Source: Desulfatibacillum sp. (GTDB taxonomy: Bacteria > Desulfobacterota > Desulfobacteria > Desulfobacterales > SpSt-501). Taken from it: 64,000 nucleotides of DNA. Shown here one piece after another: positions 29,919 to 41,123 of the stretch; the stretch's first letter is position 1; each line of letters starts with the position of its first letter. Position numbers and translations under genes: made by a program. Below the pieces are notes generated by a model. That model did no database searches. It had not been told where the DNA came from and saw nothing but the letters and a program-made list of their open reading frames with translations. The DNA lies in the NCBI GenBank assembly GCA_020725555.1, contig DYEU01000005.1, positions 1,756-65,755 on the forward strand. Direction: 5' to 3'.

Positions 29919-32168
29919 ATGGAAGACGCCCTCATTGCGCCAGCGGCCTCCCTGCCGCAGCAGCCGGCCCCGGCGAAGCCGCGGCTTGTGCTCTCCGAAA
30001 ACGCGCTCACGGTGCTGCGCAAGCGCTACCTGAAAAAAGACCCCCAGGGCAAACCGCTCGAAACCCCCGAGAGGATGTTCCGGCGGGTCGCGCACCACAT
30101 CGCGCGCGCGGAAAGGAACTACGGCGCCGACGAGCGCCGTGTGGCCGAGATCGAGGAGGCCTTCTACGATTTCATGACCTCGTTTCGCTTCCTCCCCAAT
30201 TCGCCCACGCTGATGAACGCCGGCCGGCGTCTGGGCCAGCTCGCGGCCTGCTTCGTGCTCCCCGTCGAGGACAGCATGGAGGGGATCTTCGATGCGCTGC
30301 GCAACGCGGCCCTCATCCACAAGTCGGGCGGCGGGACGGGCTTTTCCTTTTCGCGCCTGCGGCCCAAGAACAGCAACGTGGGCTCGACCGGCGGGGTCGC
30401 CTCCGGGCCCGTCTCCTTCATGAAGATCTTCAACACCGCCACCGAGCAGGTGAAACAGGGCGGCACCCGGCGCGGGGCCAACATGGCCATCCTGCGCGTC
30501 GATCACCCCGACATCCTCGAGTTCATCCACTGCAAGAGCAGCGGCCGCGAGCTCAACAACTTCAACATCTCCGTCGCCGTGACCGACGCCTTCATGCGCG
30601 CGGCCGCCTCCGGCGAGGACTACGATCTCCTCGACCCGCGGGACCGCCGCGCGGTCGCCCGGCTGAACGCGGCCGAGGTCTACGCCGCCCTCGTCTCCCA
30701 GGCCTGGAAGACGGGCGACCCGGGGATCATTTTCCTCGACCGCATGAACGCCGACAACCCGACCCCGGAGCTGGGCGAGATCGAGTCCACCAACCCCTGC
30801 GGCGAGCAGCCCCTTCTTCCCATGGAGGCCTGCAACCTGGGCTCCATCAACCTCGCCCGCTTCGTGCGGCCGGGCGCCGGGATCGACTGGGAGGGGCTGC
30901 GCGAAACCGTCGCCCTCGCGGTGCGCTTCCTCGACGACACGATCGACATGTCCCGCTACCCCCTGCCCGAGATCACGGCCATGGTGCAGGGAAACCGCAA
31001 GGTGGGCCTGGGCGTCATGGGCTTCGCCGACCTGCTCTTCGAGCTCGGCGTCCCCTACGACTCCGAGGAGGCCCTGCAGACGGCCGAGTCGGTCATGGGC
31101 TTCATCCAGAAGACCGCCCACGCGGCCTCGGAGGCGCTCGCCGAGGAGCGCGGGGTCTTCCCCAACTGGGAACGGAGCCTCTACGGCAAGCGGGGGCTCA
31201 AGCGCCGCAACGCGACGCTCACGACGATCGCCCCCACGGGGACGCTGAGCATCATCGCCGGCTGCTCAAGCGGCATCGAGCCCCTCTTCGCGCTCAGCTT
31301 CGTGCGCCGCGTCATGGACAACGACCGGCTGCTCGAGGTGAACCCGGTCTTCGAGCGCACCGCCCGCGAGCGCGGCTTCTACAGCGCCGAGCTCATGGAC
31401 CGGATCGCCCGCGAGGGCTCGATCCGGAACATGGAGGAGATCCCCGCGGATGTCCGCCGCGTCTTCGTGACCGCCCACGACATCTCCCCCGAGTGGCACG
31501 TGCGCATGCAGGCCGCCTTCCAGAAGCACACCGACAACGCGGTCTCCAAGACCGTGAACCTCCCGCGGCAGGCCACGGTCGACGACGTCCGGCGCGTCTA
31601 CGACCTCGCCTTCGAGCTCGGCTGCAAGGGGGTGACGATCTACCGCGACGGCAGCAAGGAGAACCAGGTGCTCTCCGTCGGGGCCGCCCCGGGGGCGCCG
31701 CCGGGCGGGGTGCTCGAGCGGCCCGAGACCCTCTTCGGCTTCACCACCAAGATCAAGACCGGCTACGGCCACCTCTACGTCACCGTCACCGAGCTCGACG
31801 GCCGGCCCTTCGAGGTCTTCGCCACCATCGGCAAATCGGGCCGCTCGACCACGGCCAAGACCGAGGCGATCGGGCGGCTCGTTTCGCTTGCGCTGCGCTC
31901 GGGCGTCACCGTGGACAAGATCGTTGATCAGCTCAAGGGGATCTGCGGCGAGCACCCGATCTTCCAGAACGGAGGGCTCGTTCTCTCCATCCCCGATGCG
32001 ATCGCCCGCGTGCTCGAAAATCGCTACCTCACAAAGGAGGGCAAGCCGCGGATCGCCAAGACCGAGCACAGCCTGAGCGGGGAGAAGTGCCCCGAGTGCG
32101 GCCAGAAGGTGAGCTTCGAGGAAGGCTGCCTGATCTGCCACTTCTGCGGCTACAACAAGTGCAGCTGA
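29919..32168 (+). CDS. nrdJ: Class II (B12-dependent) ribonucleotide reductase
   Basis: PNSPTLMNAG, ACFVL, TNPCGEQ, ACNLGSINL, IAPTGT, GCKGVTIYRDGS; C-terminal SIPD-type domain and Zn ribbon. Confidence 0.95.
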   Translation: MEDALIAPAASLPQQPAPAKPRLVLSENALTVLRKRYLKKDPQGKPLETPERMFRRVAHHIARAERNYGADERRVAEIEEAFYDFMTSFRFLPNSPTLMNAGRRLGQLAACFVLPVEDSMEGIFDALRNAALIHKSGGGTGFSFSRLRPKNSNVGSTGGVASGPVSFMKIFNTATEQVKQGGTRRGANMAILRVDHPDILEFIHCKSSGRELNNFNISVAVTDAFMRAAASGEDYDLLDPRDRRAVARLNAAEVYAALVSQAWKTGDPGIIFLDRMNADNPTPELGEIESTNPCGEQPLLPMEACNLGSINLARFVRPGAGIDWEGLRETVALAVRFLDDTIDMSRYPLPEITAMVQGNRKVGLGVMGFADLLFELGVPYDSEEALQTAESVMGFIQKTAHAASEALAEERGVFPNWERSLYGKRGLKRRNATLTTIAPTGTLSIIAGCSSGIEPLFALSFVRRVMDNDRLLEVNPVFERTARERGFYSAELMDRIAREGSIRNMEEIPADVRRVFVTAHDISPEWHVRMQAAFQKHTDNAVSKTVNLPRQATVDDVRRVYDLAFELGCKGVTIYRDGSKENQVLSVGAAPGAPPGGVLERPETLFGFTTKIKTGYGHLYVTVTELDGRPFEVFATIGKSGRSTTAKTEAIGRLVSLALRSGVTVDKIVDQLKGICGEHPIFQNGGLVLSIPDAIARVLENRYLTKEGKPRIAKTEHSLSGEKCPECGQKVSFEEGCLICHFCGYNKCS

Positions 32169-32193
32169 GCGGGCGGCCCCCGGCGGCGCCCCC

Positions 32194-32628
32194 TCAGGCC
32201 CGGCTCAGGCAGTTCGCGCAGAGCCCCTCCAGGCGGACCTCGACCTCGCGGATTTCGCCCGCGAACACGCGCCGCACGCCGCCGAGATCCACGCGCACCC
32301 CGCCGGGGGGGAGGCACTGCACGGCGCCGCATCGCGCGCAGCGGAAGTGCGGGTGCGGCGGGTGGTGCTCGCTCGGGGCCATGCCGTAGAGGCGCCTGCG
32401 GCCCCCGAGCGAAAGCTCCTGGAGGATCTTTTCCCGCACCAGCCGGTCGAGAATGCGGTAGACCGTGACCCGGTCGAGCCTCCCCGTGCGGTTGACCGTG
32501 CGGTGGATGTCCGCCGCGCTGAGAGGCGCGGGGTGGCCGCCGACGACCTCGAGCACGCGCAGCCGGCCCGGGGTCGCCTCCAGGCCGGCCCGCTCAAGGA
32601 TCTCGCGGTAGTTGCAGCGCGAACACAC
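32194..32628 (-). CDS. zur: Fur-family regulator, probably Zur
   Basis: TPGRLRVL, DRVTVYRIL, HPHFRCARCG, CANC; GTG start with GGAGG RBS; last gene of the znu operon. Confidence 0.82.
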   Translation of the reverse strand: MCSRCNYREILERAGLEATPGRLRVLEVVGGHPAPLSAADIHRTVNRTGRLDRVTVYRILDRLVREKILQELSLGGRRRLYGMAPSEHHPPHPHFRCARCGAVQCLPPGGVRVDLGGVRRVFAGEIREVEVRLEGLCANCLSRA

Positions 32629-32663
32629 GGCGGCCTCCGCCCCCCCGCGCCCGGAAGCGCCCC

Positions 32664-33488
32664 TCAGCCGGCCTGCACCGGCCGTCCGGGAAAGAGGCGG
32701 CGCCACAGGAGCGCCCCCCCGAAGCCGGCCGCGGCGACGAGAATGATGGTCGCCCCCGAGGTGAGATCGAGGGCGTAGGAAAGAAGGAGCCCGCTCACGG
32801 TGAAGAGGGCGCTCAAGACGCTCGCCCGCACCATCATCCCCCGGAGCGACCCGCTGAAGGACTCGGCGATGAACGGCGGGATCGTGAGGAGCGCGATCAC
32901 GAGAATGAGCCCCACGACCCGGATCACGATCACGACACTCGCCGCGATCAGGGCCAGCATGAGAACGTAGAGGGCGGCCACGGGGACGCCCCGGATGCGG
33001 GCGAACTCGGGGTCGTAGGACATGGCGAGAAACCCCGGGTAGCCCGCGGCGACGACCGCGACGACCAGGGCCGCGACCGCCGCCATCTCGGCGAGCTCGG
33101 CGGCCGGGACCGCGAGGATGCTCCCGAAGAGGTAGCTCATGAGGTCGCTGCGGTAGCCCGGGGTGAGGTCGATCAGCACGACCCCCGCCGCCATCCCGAC
33201 CGCCCAGATCACCCCCACCACGGCGTCCGCCCGGTGCCGCGCGCGGAGCGTGACCGCAGCCATGGCGGCGGCGGCGGCGAGCGCGACCCCGAGGGTCCCG
33301 GCCAGGAAGGGCCAGCCCAGGAAGATCGCCAGGCCGATGCCGCCGTAGGCCGCGTGCGCGATCCCGCCCGCCAGGAAAACGATCCGGTTCACCACCACGA
33401 GCGTGCCGATCACGCCGCAGACCAGGCTCACGAGCAGCCCGGCGAGGAGCGCATGGCGCATGAACTCCATCTGCAGGGCATCGATCAT
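32664..33488 (-). CDS. znuB: Zn/Mn ABC transporter permease
   Basis: GIAHAAYGG, MSYLFGSIL, VVGLILVIALL. Confidence 0.9.
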   Translation of the reverse strand: MIDALQMEFMRHALLAGLLVSLVCGVIGTLVVVNRIVFLAGGIAHAAYGGIGLAIFLGWPFLAGTLGVALAAAAAMAAVTLRARHRADAVVGVIWAVGMAAGVVLIDLTPGYRSDLMSYLFGSILAVPAAELAEMAAVAALVVAVVAAGYPGFLAMSYDPEFARIRGVPVAALYVLMLALIAASVVIVIRVVGLILVIALLTIPPFIAESFSGSLRGMMVRASVLSALFTVSGLLLSYALDLTSGATIILVAAAGFGGALLWRRLFPGRPVQAG

Positions 33489-33489
33489 C

Positions 33490-34269
33490 TCAGTCCTCCC
33501 GGTGCATCTCGAAGACCCGGTGGGGGATGCCGTGGGCCACGAGATCGACGGGGCAGCGGTAGGCAGCCTCGAGCAGCTCCGGGGTGATTTCCCCCGCGTC
33601 GTGGTGGTGGAGGCGGCGGTTCACGCAGGCGACCGATTTCACCCGCGGCGAGAGCATCATCGTGTCGTGGGTCACGGCGACGATCGTCGCGCTGCGGTTG
33701 AGTTCGGCCAGGAGGTCGTAGAACTCCGCCCGGCCCTGGGCGTCGATGCTCGCCATGGCCTCGTCGAGGAGCAGGATCTCGGGCCGCGAGACGAGCGCGC
33801 GGGCGATGAAGACCCGCTGGAGCTGCCCCCCGGAGAGCTGCCCGATCCGTTTCCGGCGCAGCTCCCAGACGCCCATCTCCTCCATCGCCGCCCGCACGGC
33901 GGCCTCCGCCGTCGGGCTCCGCCGGAAAAACCGCCCCCCCGCGCCGAGGCTTCCCAGGCGCACGACGTCGTGCACCGAGATCGGGAAACTCCGGTTCACG
34001 TGGACGTTCTGCGGCACGTAGCCGACGCGGCGCGCCGCCCGGCGGGGCGAGGTCCCCAGGACGACGATCTCGCCCCGGCCCGGGGGCAACAGCCCGAGGA
34101 TCAGCTTGAGCAGGGTCGTCTTGCCCCCGCCGTTGGGCCCGATCAGGACGAGGAAGTCCCCGCGCCGGACCCGGAGGTTCACCTCCTCGAGCACGGGGTG
34201 CCCGTCGAAGGAGAACCCCAGGCCGCGGACCTCGATGACCGTCTCGGGACTCTGCGGTTCCGGTTCCAT
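33490..34269 (-). CDS. znuC: Zn/Mn ABC transporter ATPase
   Basis: GPNGGGKT, GYVPQ, LSGGQLQR, LLLDE. Confidence 0.92.
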   Translation of the reverse strand: MEPEPQSPETVIEVRGLGFSFDGHPVLEEVNLRVRRGDFLVLIGPNGGGKTTLLKLILGLLPPGRGEIVVLGTSPRRAARRVGYVPQNVHVNRSFPISVHDVVRLGSLGAGGRFFRRSPTAEAAVRAAMEEMGVWELRRKRIGQLSGGQLQRVFIARALVSRPEILLLDEAMASIDAQGRAEFYDLLAELNRSATIVAVTHDTMMLSPRVKSVACVNRRLHHHDAGEITPELLEAAYRCPVDLVAHGIPHRVFEMHRED

Positions 34270-34275
34270 CGCGCC

Positions 34276-35235
34276 TCAGGGCAGGGCCTCGCGCAGGCGC
34301 CGGGCCGCCCGCCTCAGGTTCTGCGCCCAGTCGGCGGCCAGCGGATCGACGGGGATCACCGCGCCGTCGATCCCGCGCGCCACCGCCTCGGCGCTGCGCG
34401 TCGAGAACTGCGGCTGGACGAAGACCGCGCGGATGCCCTCCCGGCGGGCGAAGCGGATCAGCTCCTCGAGCCGGGCGGGCTTGGGTTCCTTGCCCTCGAT
34501 CTCGATCGCCCGCTGCTCGAGCCCGTAGTCGCGGGCGAAGTAGCCCCAGGAGGGGTGAAACACGAGGAAACGCGAGCCCTCTTTGCCGGCGAAGAGCGCG
34601 CGCAGCTCGGCGTCCAGGGCGTCGATCTCCTCGAGAAACGCCGCATGGCCCGCTTCATAGCGCGCGCGGTGCTCGGGATCAACCGCGATCAGCCCGTCGC
34701 GGATGTGGCCGGCCTGCACCCGGACGAGGGCGGGGGAAAGCCAGATGTGGGGGTCGAGCCCCTCCCCGTGGGCATGGCCATGCTTGTGCGCGTGGTCGTG
34801 GGCAGGGCGTTTGCCCCCCTGCGCGCGGGTCCGGCCCGCGTCCGCCTCCCGCGCGGGCGTCTTGAGATCATCGTGGGCCGGCAGCGGGATCTTCTCGATC
34901 CCCCGGTCGGTGGGCACGATGCGCATGGCGGGGTTCGCGGCCGCGATCTTCTCCATCCAGGCGGCCTCGAAATCGATCCCCACGGAGAAGTAGACCGCGG
35001 CGCGGGAAAGCGCGGCCATCACCCGCGGCTTGGGCTCCCAGGTGTGCGGGTCCGCGCCCGCGGGCACGAGCACCGCGACCGCGACGCGCTCCCCGCCGAT
35101 TCGTTCCACGAAGTAACGCTGCGGCTCGATGCTCACGAAGGCGGTGAGCGGGGCGCCCCCCGCCGCGGCCCCCTCGAAGCCGAAGGCGAACAGGCAGGCG
35201 GCCGTCGCCGCAAGACGTTGAATCCGGTGTTTCAT
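34276..35235 (-). CDS. znuA: Zn ABC transporter substrate-binding protein
   Basis: DPHTWEP, His-rich loop HDHAHKHGHAH, DPHIWLSP, HPSWGYF. Confidence 0.92.
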   Translation of the reverse strand: MKHRIQRLAATAACLFAFGFEGAAAGGAPLTAFVSIEPQRYFVERIGGERVAVAVLVPAGADPHTWEPKPRVMAALSRAAVYFSVGIDFEAAWMEKIAAANPAMRIVPTDRGIEKIPLPAHDDLKTPAREADAGRTRAQGGKRPAHDHAHKHGHAHGEGLDPHIWLSPALVRVQAGHIRDGLIAVDPEHRARYEAGHAAFLEEIDALDAELRALFAGKEGSRFLVFHPSWGYFARDYGLEQRAIEIEGKEPKPARLEELIRFARREGIRAVFVQPQFSTRSAEAVARGIDGAVIPVDPLAADWAQNLRRAARRLREALP

Positions 35236-35257
35236 GGCTCCCTCCGCGGCAGCGTTT

Positions 35258-35273
35258 TGCCATTCGGTTGCAT
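35258..35273. promoter_or_regulatory. Weaker second Zur-type box
   Basis: TGCCATTCGGTTGCAT, a degenerate copy of the 35329 palindrome near the znuA RBS. Confidence 0.5.
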
Positions 35274-35328
35274 CCCCGACTCAAGCGCTGGAGTGCGGTT
35301 TATGATCGAATCCGGGAAACTCGGCGCC

Positions 35329-35344
35329 TGCAACTATGTTGCAT
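35329..35344. promoter_or_regulatory. Zur box overlapping the znuA -10 element
   Basis: TGCAAC-TAT-GTTGCAT matches the deltaproteobacterial Zur motif ATGCAACnnnGTTGCAT; overlaps minus-strand TTGACA-N17-CATAGT. Confidence 0.78.
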
Positions 35345-35399
35345 AAGGGGGCCGTTGTCAACCGCCTCGAGGCGGGGGCGTCCGGAGAGGGGCTTTGCT

Positions 35400-36788
35400 T
35401 CAGGATTTGAGGAGCTTCATCCCCTCGCGGGTGTCCTTCACGGTGTAGCCGAGCTTCTGGATCGCGGCGCGCAGCCGGTCCGCCTCGGCCCAGTCTTTCG
35501 CCTCCCGCGCGGCCTTGCGCGCCGCAACCAGCCGCCGCACGTCCTCGGGCAGCTCCTCCGGCCGGTCGAGGCGGTCGAGATCGAGCCCCAGCACGCGATC
35601 GAAATCGAGCACCGTCGCGCGCTTCACGGCGGGGGGGAGGTCGCTTTTCAGCAGCTCCTGCACCACGGCCATGGCCCGCGGCATGTTGAGGTCGTCGTTC
35701 ACCTCCTGCAGGAACTTCTCGCGGAAGGAGGCGTCGGCTGCGGCCCCCGGCGCTCCGGGGCCGAGGTCGCGCACCTGGTTGTGGAGGTGCTCGAGCCCGC
35801 CGCGGGCCGCCTCCATCGAGGCTTCGCTGTACTCCATGGGCTTGCGGTAGTGGGAGAGAAAGGCGGCGAAGCGGAAGGCGAGCGGCGGGATGCCCTTGCG
35901 GACGAGGGCGTTTTCCAGGGTGAGGAAGTTTTCCTCGCTCTTGGCCATCTTTTTTCCGCCCTGGATGTTGAGGAAGGCGCCGTGCATCCAGAACCGGAAG
36001 AAGGGCTTTCCCGTCGCCGCCTCGGACTGGGCGATCTCGTTGGTGTGGTGGATGTCGATGTGGTCGATCCCGCCGCAGTGGATGTCGAGCCGCTCCCCCA
36101 GGTATTTCAGGCTCATCGCCGAGCACTCGATGTGCCAGCCCGGGAACCCCCTCCCCCAGGGCGAATCCCACTCCATCTGCCGCTTCACCCCGGGGGGCGA
36201 GAATTTCCAGAGCGCGAAATCGGTCGGGTTGCGCTTCTCGGGGTTCCTCTCCACCCGCGCCCCCTCGCGCAGCGCCTCGAGGTTCTGGCTCGACAGGCGT
36301 CCGTACTCGGGAAACCGCGCGGTGTCGAAGTAGATCCCGTCGCTCGTGCGGTAGGTGAAGCCCTTGTCCTCGAGGACGCGGATGAGGGCGATCTGCTCGG
36401 GGATGTTCTCCGTCGCCCGGCACCAGACCGTGGGCTCGAGGATGTTCAGCCGCGCCATGTCCTCGCGGAAGGCGCGCGTGTAGAACGCGGCGATCTCCCA
36501 GGCGCTCTTGCCCTCCCGGCGCGAGCCGGCCTCGATCTTGTCCTCGCCGAGGTCGCGGTCGCCGGTCAGGTGCCCCACGTCGGTGATGTTCATCACGTGG
36601 CGCACGCGGAACCCGTTGTAGAGGAGCACACGCTTGAGCACGTCCTCGAAGAGGAAGGTGCGCAGGTTGCCGAGATGGGCGTAGTTGTAGACCGTCGGCC
36701 CGCAGGTGTAGAGGCCGACCTCGTCCGGGAAGAGCGGGGCGAAAGGCTCCTTGCTCCGGGTGCGCGTGTTGTAGAGAAGAAGCGGCAT
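35400..36788 (-). CDS. cysS: Cysteine--tRNA ligase
   Basis: [44 protein letters not shown]. Confidence 0.96.
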   Translation of the reverse strand: MPLLLYNTRTRSKEPFAPLFPDEVGLYTCGPTVYNYAHLGNLRTFLFEDVLKRVLLYNGFRVRHVMNITDVGHLTGDRDLGEDKIEAGSRREGKSAWEIAAFYTRAFREDMARLNILEPTVWCRATENIPEQIALIRVLEDKGFTYRTSDGIYFDTARFPEYGRLSSQNLEALREGARVERNPEKRNPTDFALWKFSPPGVKRQMEWDSPWGRGFPGWHIECSAMSLKYLGERLDIHCGGIDHIDIHHTNEIAQSEAATGKPFFRFWMHGAFLNIQGGKKMAKSEENFLTLENALVRKGIPPLAFRFAAFLSHYRKPMEYSEASMEAARGGLEHLHNQVRDLGPGAPGAAADASFREKFLQEVNDDLNMPRAMAVVQELLKSDLPPAVKRATVLDFDRVLGLDLDRLDRPEELPEDVRRLVAARKAAREAKDWAEADRLRAAIQKLGYTVKDTREGMKLLKS

Positions 36789-36805
36789 GCGGGCGGCGCG
36801 TGGCT

Positions 36806-37171
36806 TCAGGAGGACTTCTTCGCCCCGGCGCGGGGGCGGGCCGCGGAGGGTTTCCGGGAAGCGGGGGCCGGCCGGGCGGCCTGGAGCTGCTTCTTGAGCT
36901 GCTGGATTTCGCGCTGCAACCCCTTCACGTCCTCGCGCGTGGCGACGTCGGCCTTGCGCAGCACCTCCTTCGCCAGACGGTTCACCCGCTTCTCGAGGCC
37001 CTGCTGCGCCCGGTCGTAGGCCTCCCGCAGGCTCTTCAGGAACTGTCCCGCCTCCGCCTCCGAAAGCCGGGATTTGCGGGCGATCTCGCGGCCGGCGGCC
37101 TCGACCTCGCGCCAGGTCTTGAGCGCAAGGCCCACGCCGGTGTTCAACGCCTTCTTGAGGGACTCGATCAT
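36806..37171 (-). CDS. Phasin (PhaF/PhaI)-like coiled-coil protein
   Basis: [17 protein letters not shown]...[10 protein letters not shown]...VATREDV; basic Ala/Lys/Pro tail. Confidence 0.7.
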   Translation of the reverse strand: MIESLKKALNTGVGLALKTWREVEAAGREIARKSRLSEAEAGQFLKSLREAYDRAQQGLEKRVNRLAKEVLRKADVATREDVKGLQREIQQLKKQLQAARPAPASRKPSAARPRAGAKKSS

Positions 37172-37212
37172 CGTCTCTTCTTCCTTTCTCCGCCCTCTGC
37201 GGCGGGGGAGGC

Positions 37213-38367
<1,155 letters not shown>

Positions 38368-38623
38368 GGCGATCCTCCGGTGGCGGAAGGGGCGGCAAGC
38401 GCCGGCAGCGGGGCCGGGGGCCCCCGAAGCCTTTTGGGGGCCGCGGGAGGCCTTGGCGGATGCGGCGTATTTCCGCGAAGCGCTTACCACAAGGCCGGGG
38501 GGGTTTGCAAGGCGCGGCGGGCGCGGGCGATCGCCTTGACTGGGCCCCCGTTCTGCCCTAAAGCAAAAGCACACGGCGCGGCCTCAACCCCCGCCGGACT
38601 CCCCGCAAGCGAGACCTTCTCCG

Positions 38624-39373
38624 ATGGCCTTCCAGATCGCCATGGCCGGCAAGGGCGGAACCGGCAAGACCACCCTCGCCGGGCTCTTGATCCGTTACCT
38701 GATCTCCCGCAACCGCAAGCCGATCCTCGCCGTCGACGCCGACAGCAACGCCAACCTGAACGAGGTGCTCGGCGTCCCGCTCGCGGAGACGGTGGGCGAG
38801 GCGCGCGAAGACATGAAGCGCGGCCAGGTCCCGAGCGGCATGACCAAGGACCTCTTCCTCGAGATGAAGCTCGGCCAGGCCGTGGTCGAGGCCGGGGACT
38901 TCGACCTGATCGCCATGGGGCGGCCGGAGGGCCCCGGCTGCTACTGCGCGGCGAACGCGATCCTGGTCACCTGCCTCGAGAAGCTCGTCGCGAACTACCC
39001 CTGGGTGGTCATGGACAACGAGGCCGGCATGGAGCACATCAGCCGGCTGACCACGAAGAACGTCGACACGCTCCTCGTGGTCTCGGACTCCTCGCGGCGG
39101 GGCCTCGAGGCGGCCCTGCGCATCGCCCGGCTCGCCCGGGAGCTGAACATCGGGGTGGGGGAAAGCCACCTCATCGTCAACCGCGCCCAGGAGCCCCCCG
39201 CCGAGGACGCCTTGCGGCCGCTGCTCGAGGCCGGCCTGCGCTTCGCCGGCACCGTCCCCGAGGACCGCCGCATCACCGAGTCCGACGCCCGGGGCCGGCC
39301 GATCTTCGATCTTCCCGCAGACGCCCCGTCGCTGCGGGCGGCGGTGGCGATCTTCGAGCGCCTGTTCCCCTGA
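38624..39373 (+). CDS. cooC: CooC/AcsF-type nickel-insertion ATPase
   Basis: GKGGTGKTT, VDADSNANL, GRPEGPGCYC (CxC), DNEAGMEHISR. Confidence 0.9.
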   Translation: MAFQIAMAGKGGTGKTTLAGLLIRYLISRNRKPILAVDADSNANLNEVLGVPLAETVGEAREDMKRGQVPSGMTKDLFLEMKLGQAVVEAGDFDLIAMGRPEGPGCYCAANAILVTCLEKLVANYPWVVMDNEAGMEHISRLTTKNVDTLLVVSDSSRRGLEAALRIARLARELNIGVGESHLIVNRAQEPPAEDALRPLLEAGLRFAGTVPEDRRITESDARGRPIFDLPADAPSLRAAVAIFERLFP

Positions 39374-39437
39374 AGCCCTCGCGGATGAGCCCGAACCGCC
39401 GGGACGGGGGAGGCCGCTTGGGCGACAAGGAAGACCC

Positions 39438-40388
39438 ATGAGACGCACCGGCTTGGTCTACGACGAGCGCTTCCTGCGGCACCGGACCGGCCCCTACCAC
39501 CCCGAAATCCCCGAGCGGCTCACCGCCGTGATGCAGGGGATCGCGGAAGGCGGGCTGCTCGACCGCCTGGTGCGCATCCCCGCGGCCCCGGCGGAGCTCG
39601 CCTGGGTGCACGCCGTCCACAGCCCGGAGTACGTGCGGCGCTTCGAGGCGGCCTGCCGCAAGGGGGAGACCCTCTTCGACTCGCCCGACAACCAGATGTG
39701 CCGCGAGACCTACGAGGTGGCCCTCCTCGCCGCGGGGGGGGTGATCGCCGCCTGCCACGAGGTGCTGGAAGGCCGACTCGACAACGCCTTCTGCGCCGTC
39801 CGTCCCCCCGGCCACCACGCCGAGGCGAACCGCGCCATGGGGTTCTGCTATTTCAACAACGTCGCCATCGCCGCGCGCTACCTCCAGCGGCGCTTCGGCG
39901 TCGAGCGCATCGGCATCGTCGACTTCGACGTCCATCACGGCAACGGCACCCAGCACATCTTCGAGGACGACCCGCAGGTTTATTACTACAGCATCCACCA
40001 GCACCCCTCCTTCGCCTACCCGGGCACCGGCCGCGAGTTCGAATACGGCCGCGGCGGCGGCTACGGTTACACGAAGAACTCGCCCGCCCTGCCCGGCCAG
40101 GGCGACGAGGAGTACCGCCGGCTGATCGAGCGCGACCTCCTGCCGGCCTTCGCGGAGTTCCGGCCCCAGGTCATCCTGGTCTCGGCCGGCTTCGACGGCC
40201 ACCGCGACGACGACATGTCCGACATTGCCCTCTCGACGGAGGGCTACACCTGGATCATCGAGCGCATCCTCGAGCTGGCCGCGGCGCACAGCGGGCACCG
40301 CCTCGTCTCGGTGCTCGAAGGCGGCTACTGCCTCGCCCGGCTGCCCGAGCTCGCCCGCAACCACGTGCAGGCCCTGCTGGGGGGCTGA
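39438..40388 (+). CDS. Zn-dependent histone deacetylase family protein (AcuC-like)
   Basis: HPEIPERL, RPPGHHA, GFCYFNN, DFDVHHGNGTQ, SAGFD, LEGGY. Confidence 0.93.
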   Translation: MRRTGLVYDERFLRHRTGPYHPEIPERLTAVMQGIAEGGLLDRLVRIPAAPAELAWVHAVHSPEYVRRFEAACRKGETLFDSPDNQMCRETYEVALLAAGGVIAACHEVLEGRLDNAFCAVRPPGHHAEANRAMGFCYFNNVAIAARYLQRRFGVERIGIVDFDVHHGNGTQHIFEDDPQVYYYSIHQHPSFAYPGTGREFEYGRGGGYGYTKNSPALPGQGDEEYRRLIERDLLPAFAEFRPQVILVSAGFDGHRDDDMSDIALSTEGYTWIIERILELAAAHSGHRLVSVLEGGYCLARLPELARNHVQALLGG

Positions 40389-40421
40389 AGGGGTGAATTC
40401 CATCGCATCGAGGGGGAGACC

Positions 40422-41123
40422 ATGTTCGTCAGCCGATCCATGACCCGGGGGGTCGTCACCGCCGCCCCGGAGACATCCCTGTTCGACCTCCAGGAACTCA
40501 TGGCCGCCCACCGCATCCGGCACATCCCCATCGTGGACGGGGAGAGAAAGGTGGTCGGGATCGTCAGCGACCGCGACATCCGCAGCGCGCTGCCCTTCCG
40601 GTTCTTCAAGGAGGGCCTCCGCGAGGAGGAGCGGGTGAAGTTCCAGGACATCCGCGCGCGGGATATCATGACCTCGCCGGTGATCACGATCTCGCCCGGC
40701 TACACGATCCAGGACGCGCTGCTCATGATCCAGAACGCCAAGGTGGGGGCCCTCCCGGTCGTGGACGAGGAGGGCCGGCTGCGCGGGATCCTCTCGGTGC
40801 GCGACCTGCTGCGGGCCTTCATCAATGTGCTCGGCATCGGCGAGCCCGGGACCCTGCTGTGCATCCTCGTGGAGGAGAAGGTCGGGCAGCTCAAGAAGAT
40901 CGTCGATGCGATCACCGAGATGGGCATCTCCTTCGGCAGCGTGCTCGTCGCCCGCTACTGGGAAGAGGACAAGCGCGCCGTCTTTCCCTACCTGCTCACC
41001 CAGAACGTGGCCCCGGTGAAGAAAAAACTGGCCGAAATGGGCTACACGCTGATCGACCCCATGCAGTGGTATCTCGACCGGCTGCCGGAAGAGGAAAATC
41101 CGTCCGCCCCGCCCCGCCCATGA
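40422..41123 (+). CDS. CBS-pair plus ACT domain protein (AcuB-like)
   Basis: IRHIPIVD..VGIVSDRDI, VGALPVVD..GILSVRDL, followed by an ACT-like C-terminus. Confidence 0.85.
   Translation: MFVSRSMTRGVVTAAPETSLFDLQELMAAHRIRHIPIVDGERKVVGIVSDRDIRSALPFRFFKEGLREEERVKFQDIRARDIMTSPVITISPGYTIQDALLMIQNAKVGALPVVDEEGRLRGILSVRDLLRAFINVLGIGEPGTLLCILVEEKVGQLKKIVDAITEMGISFGSVLVARYWEEDKRAVFPYLLTQNVAPVKKKLAEMGYTLIDPMQWYLDRLPEEENPSAPPRP

Noticed and set aside
35400-36788. cysS as a Zn-free paralog regulated by Zur
   Set aside because: Zn ligands (Cys in TCGP, Cys in HIEC, His) are retained, and the Zur boxes lie downstream of cysS
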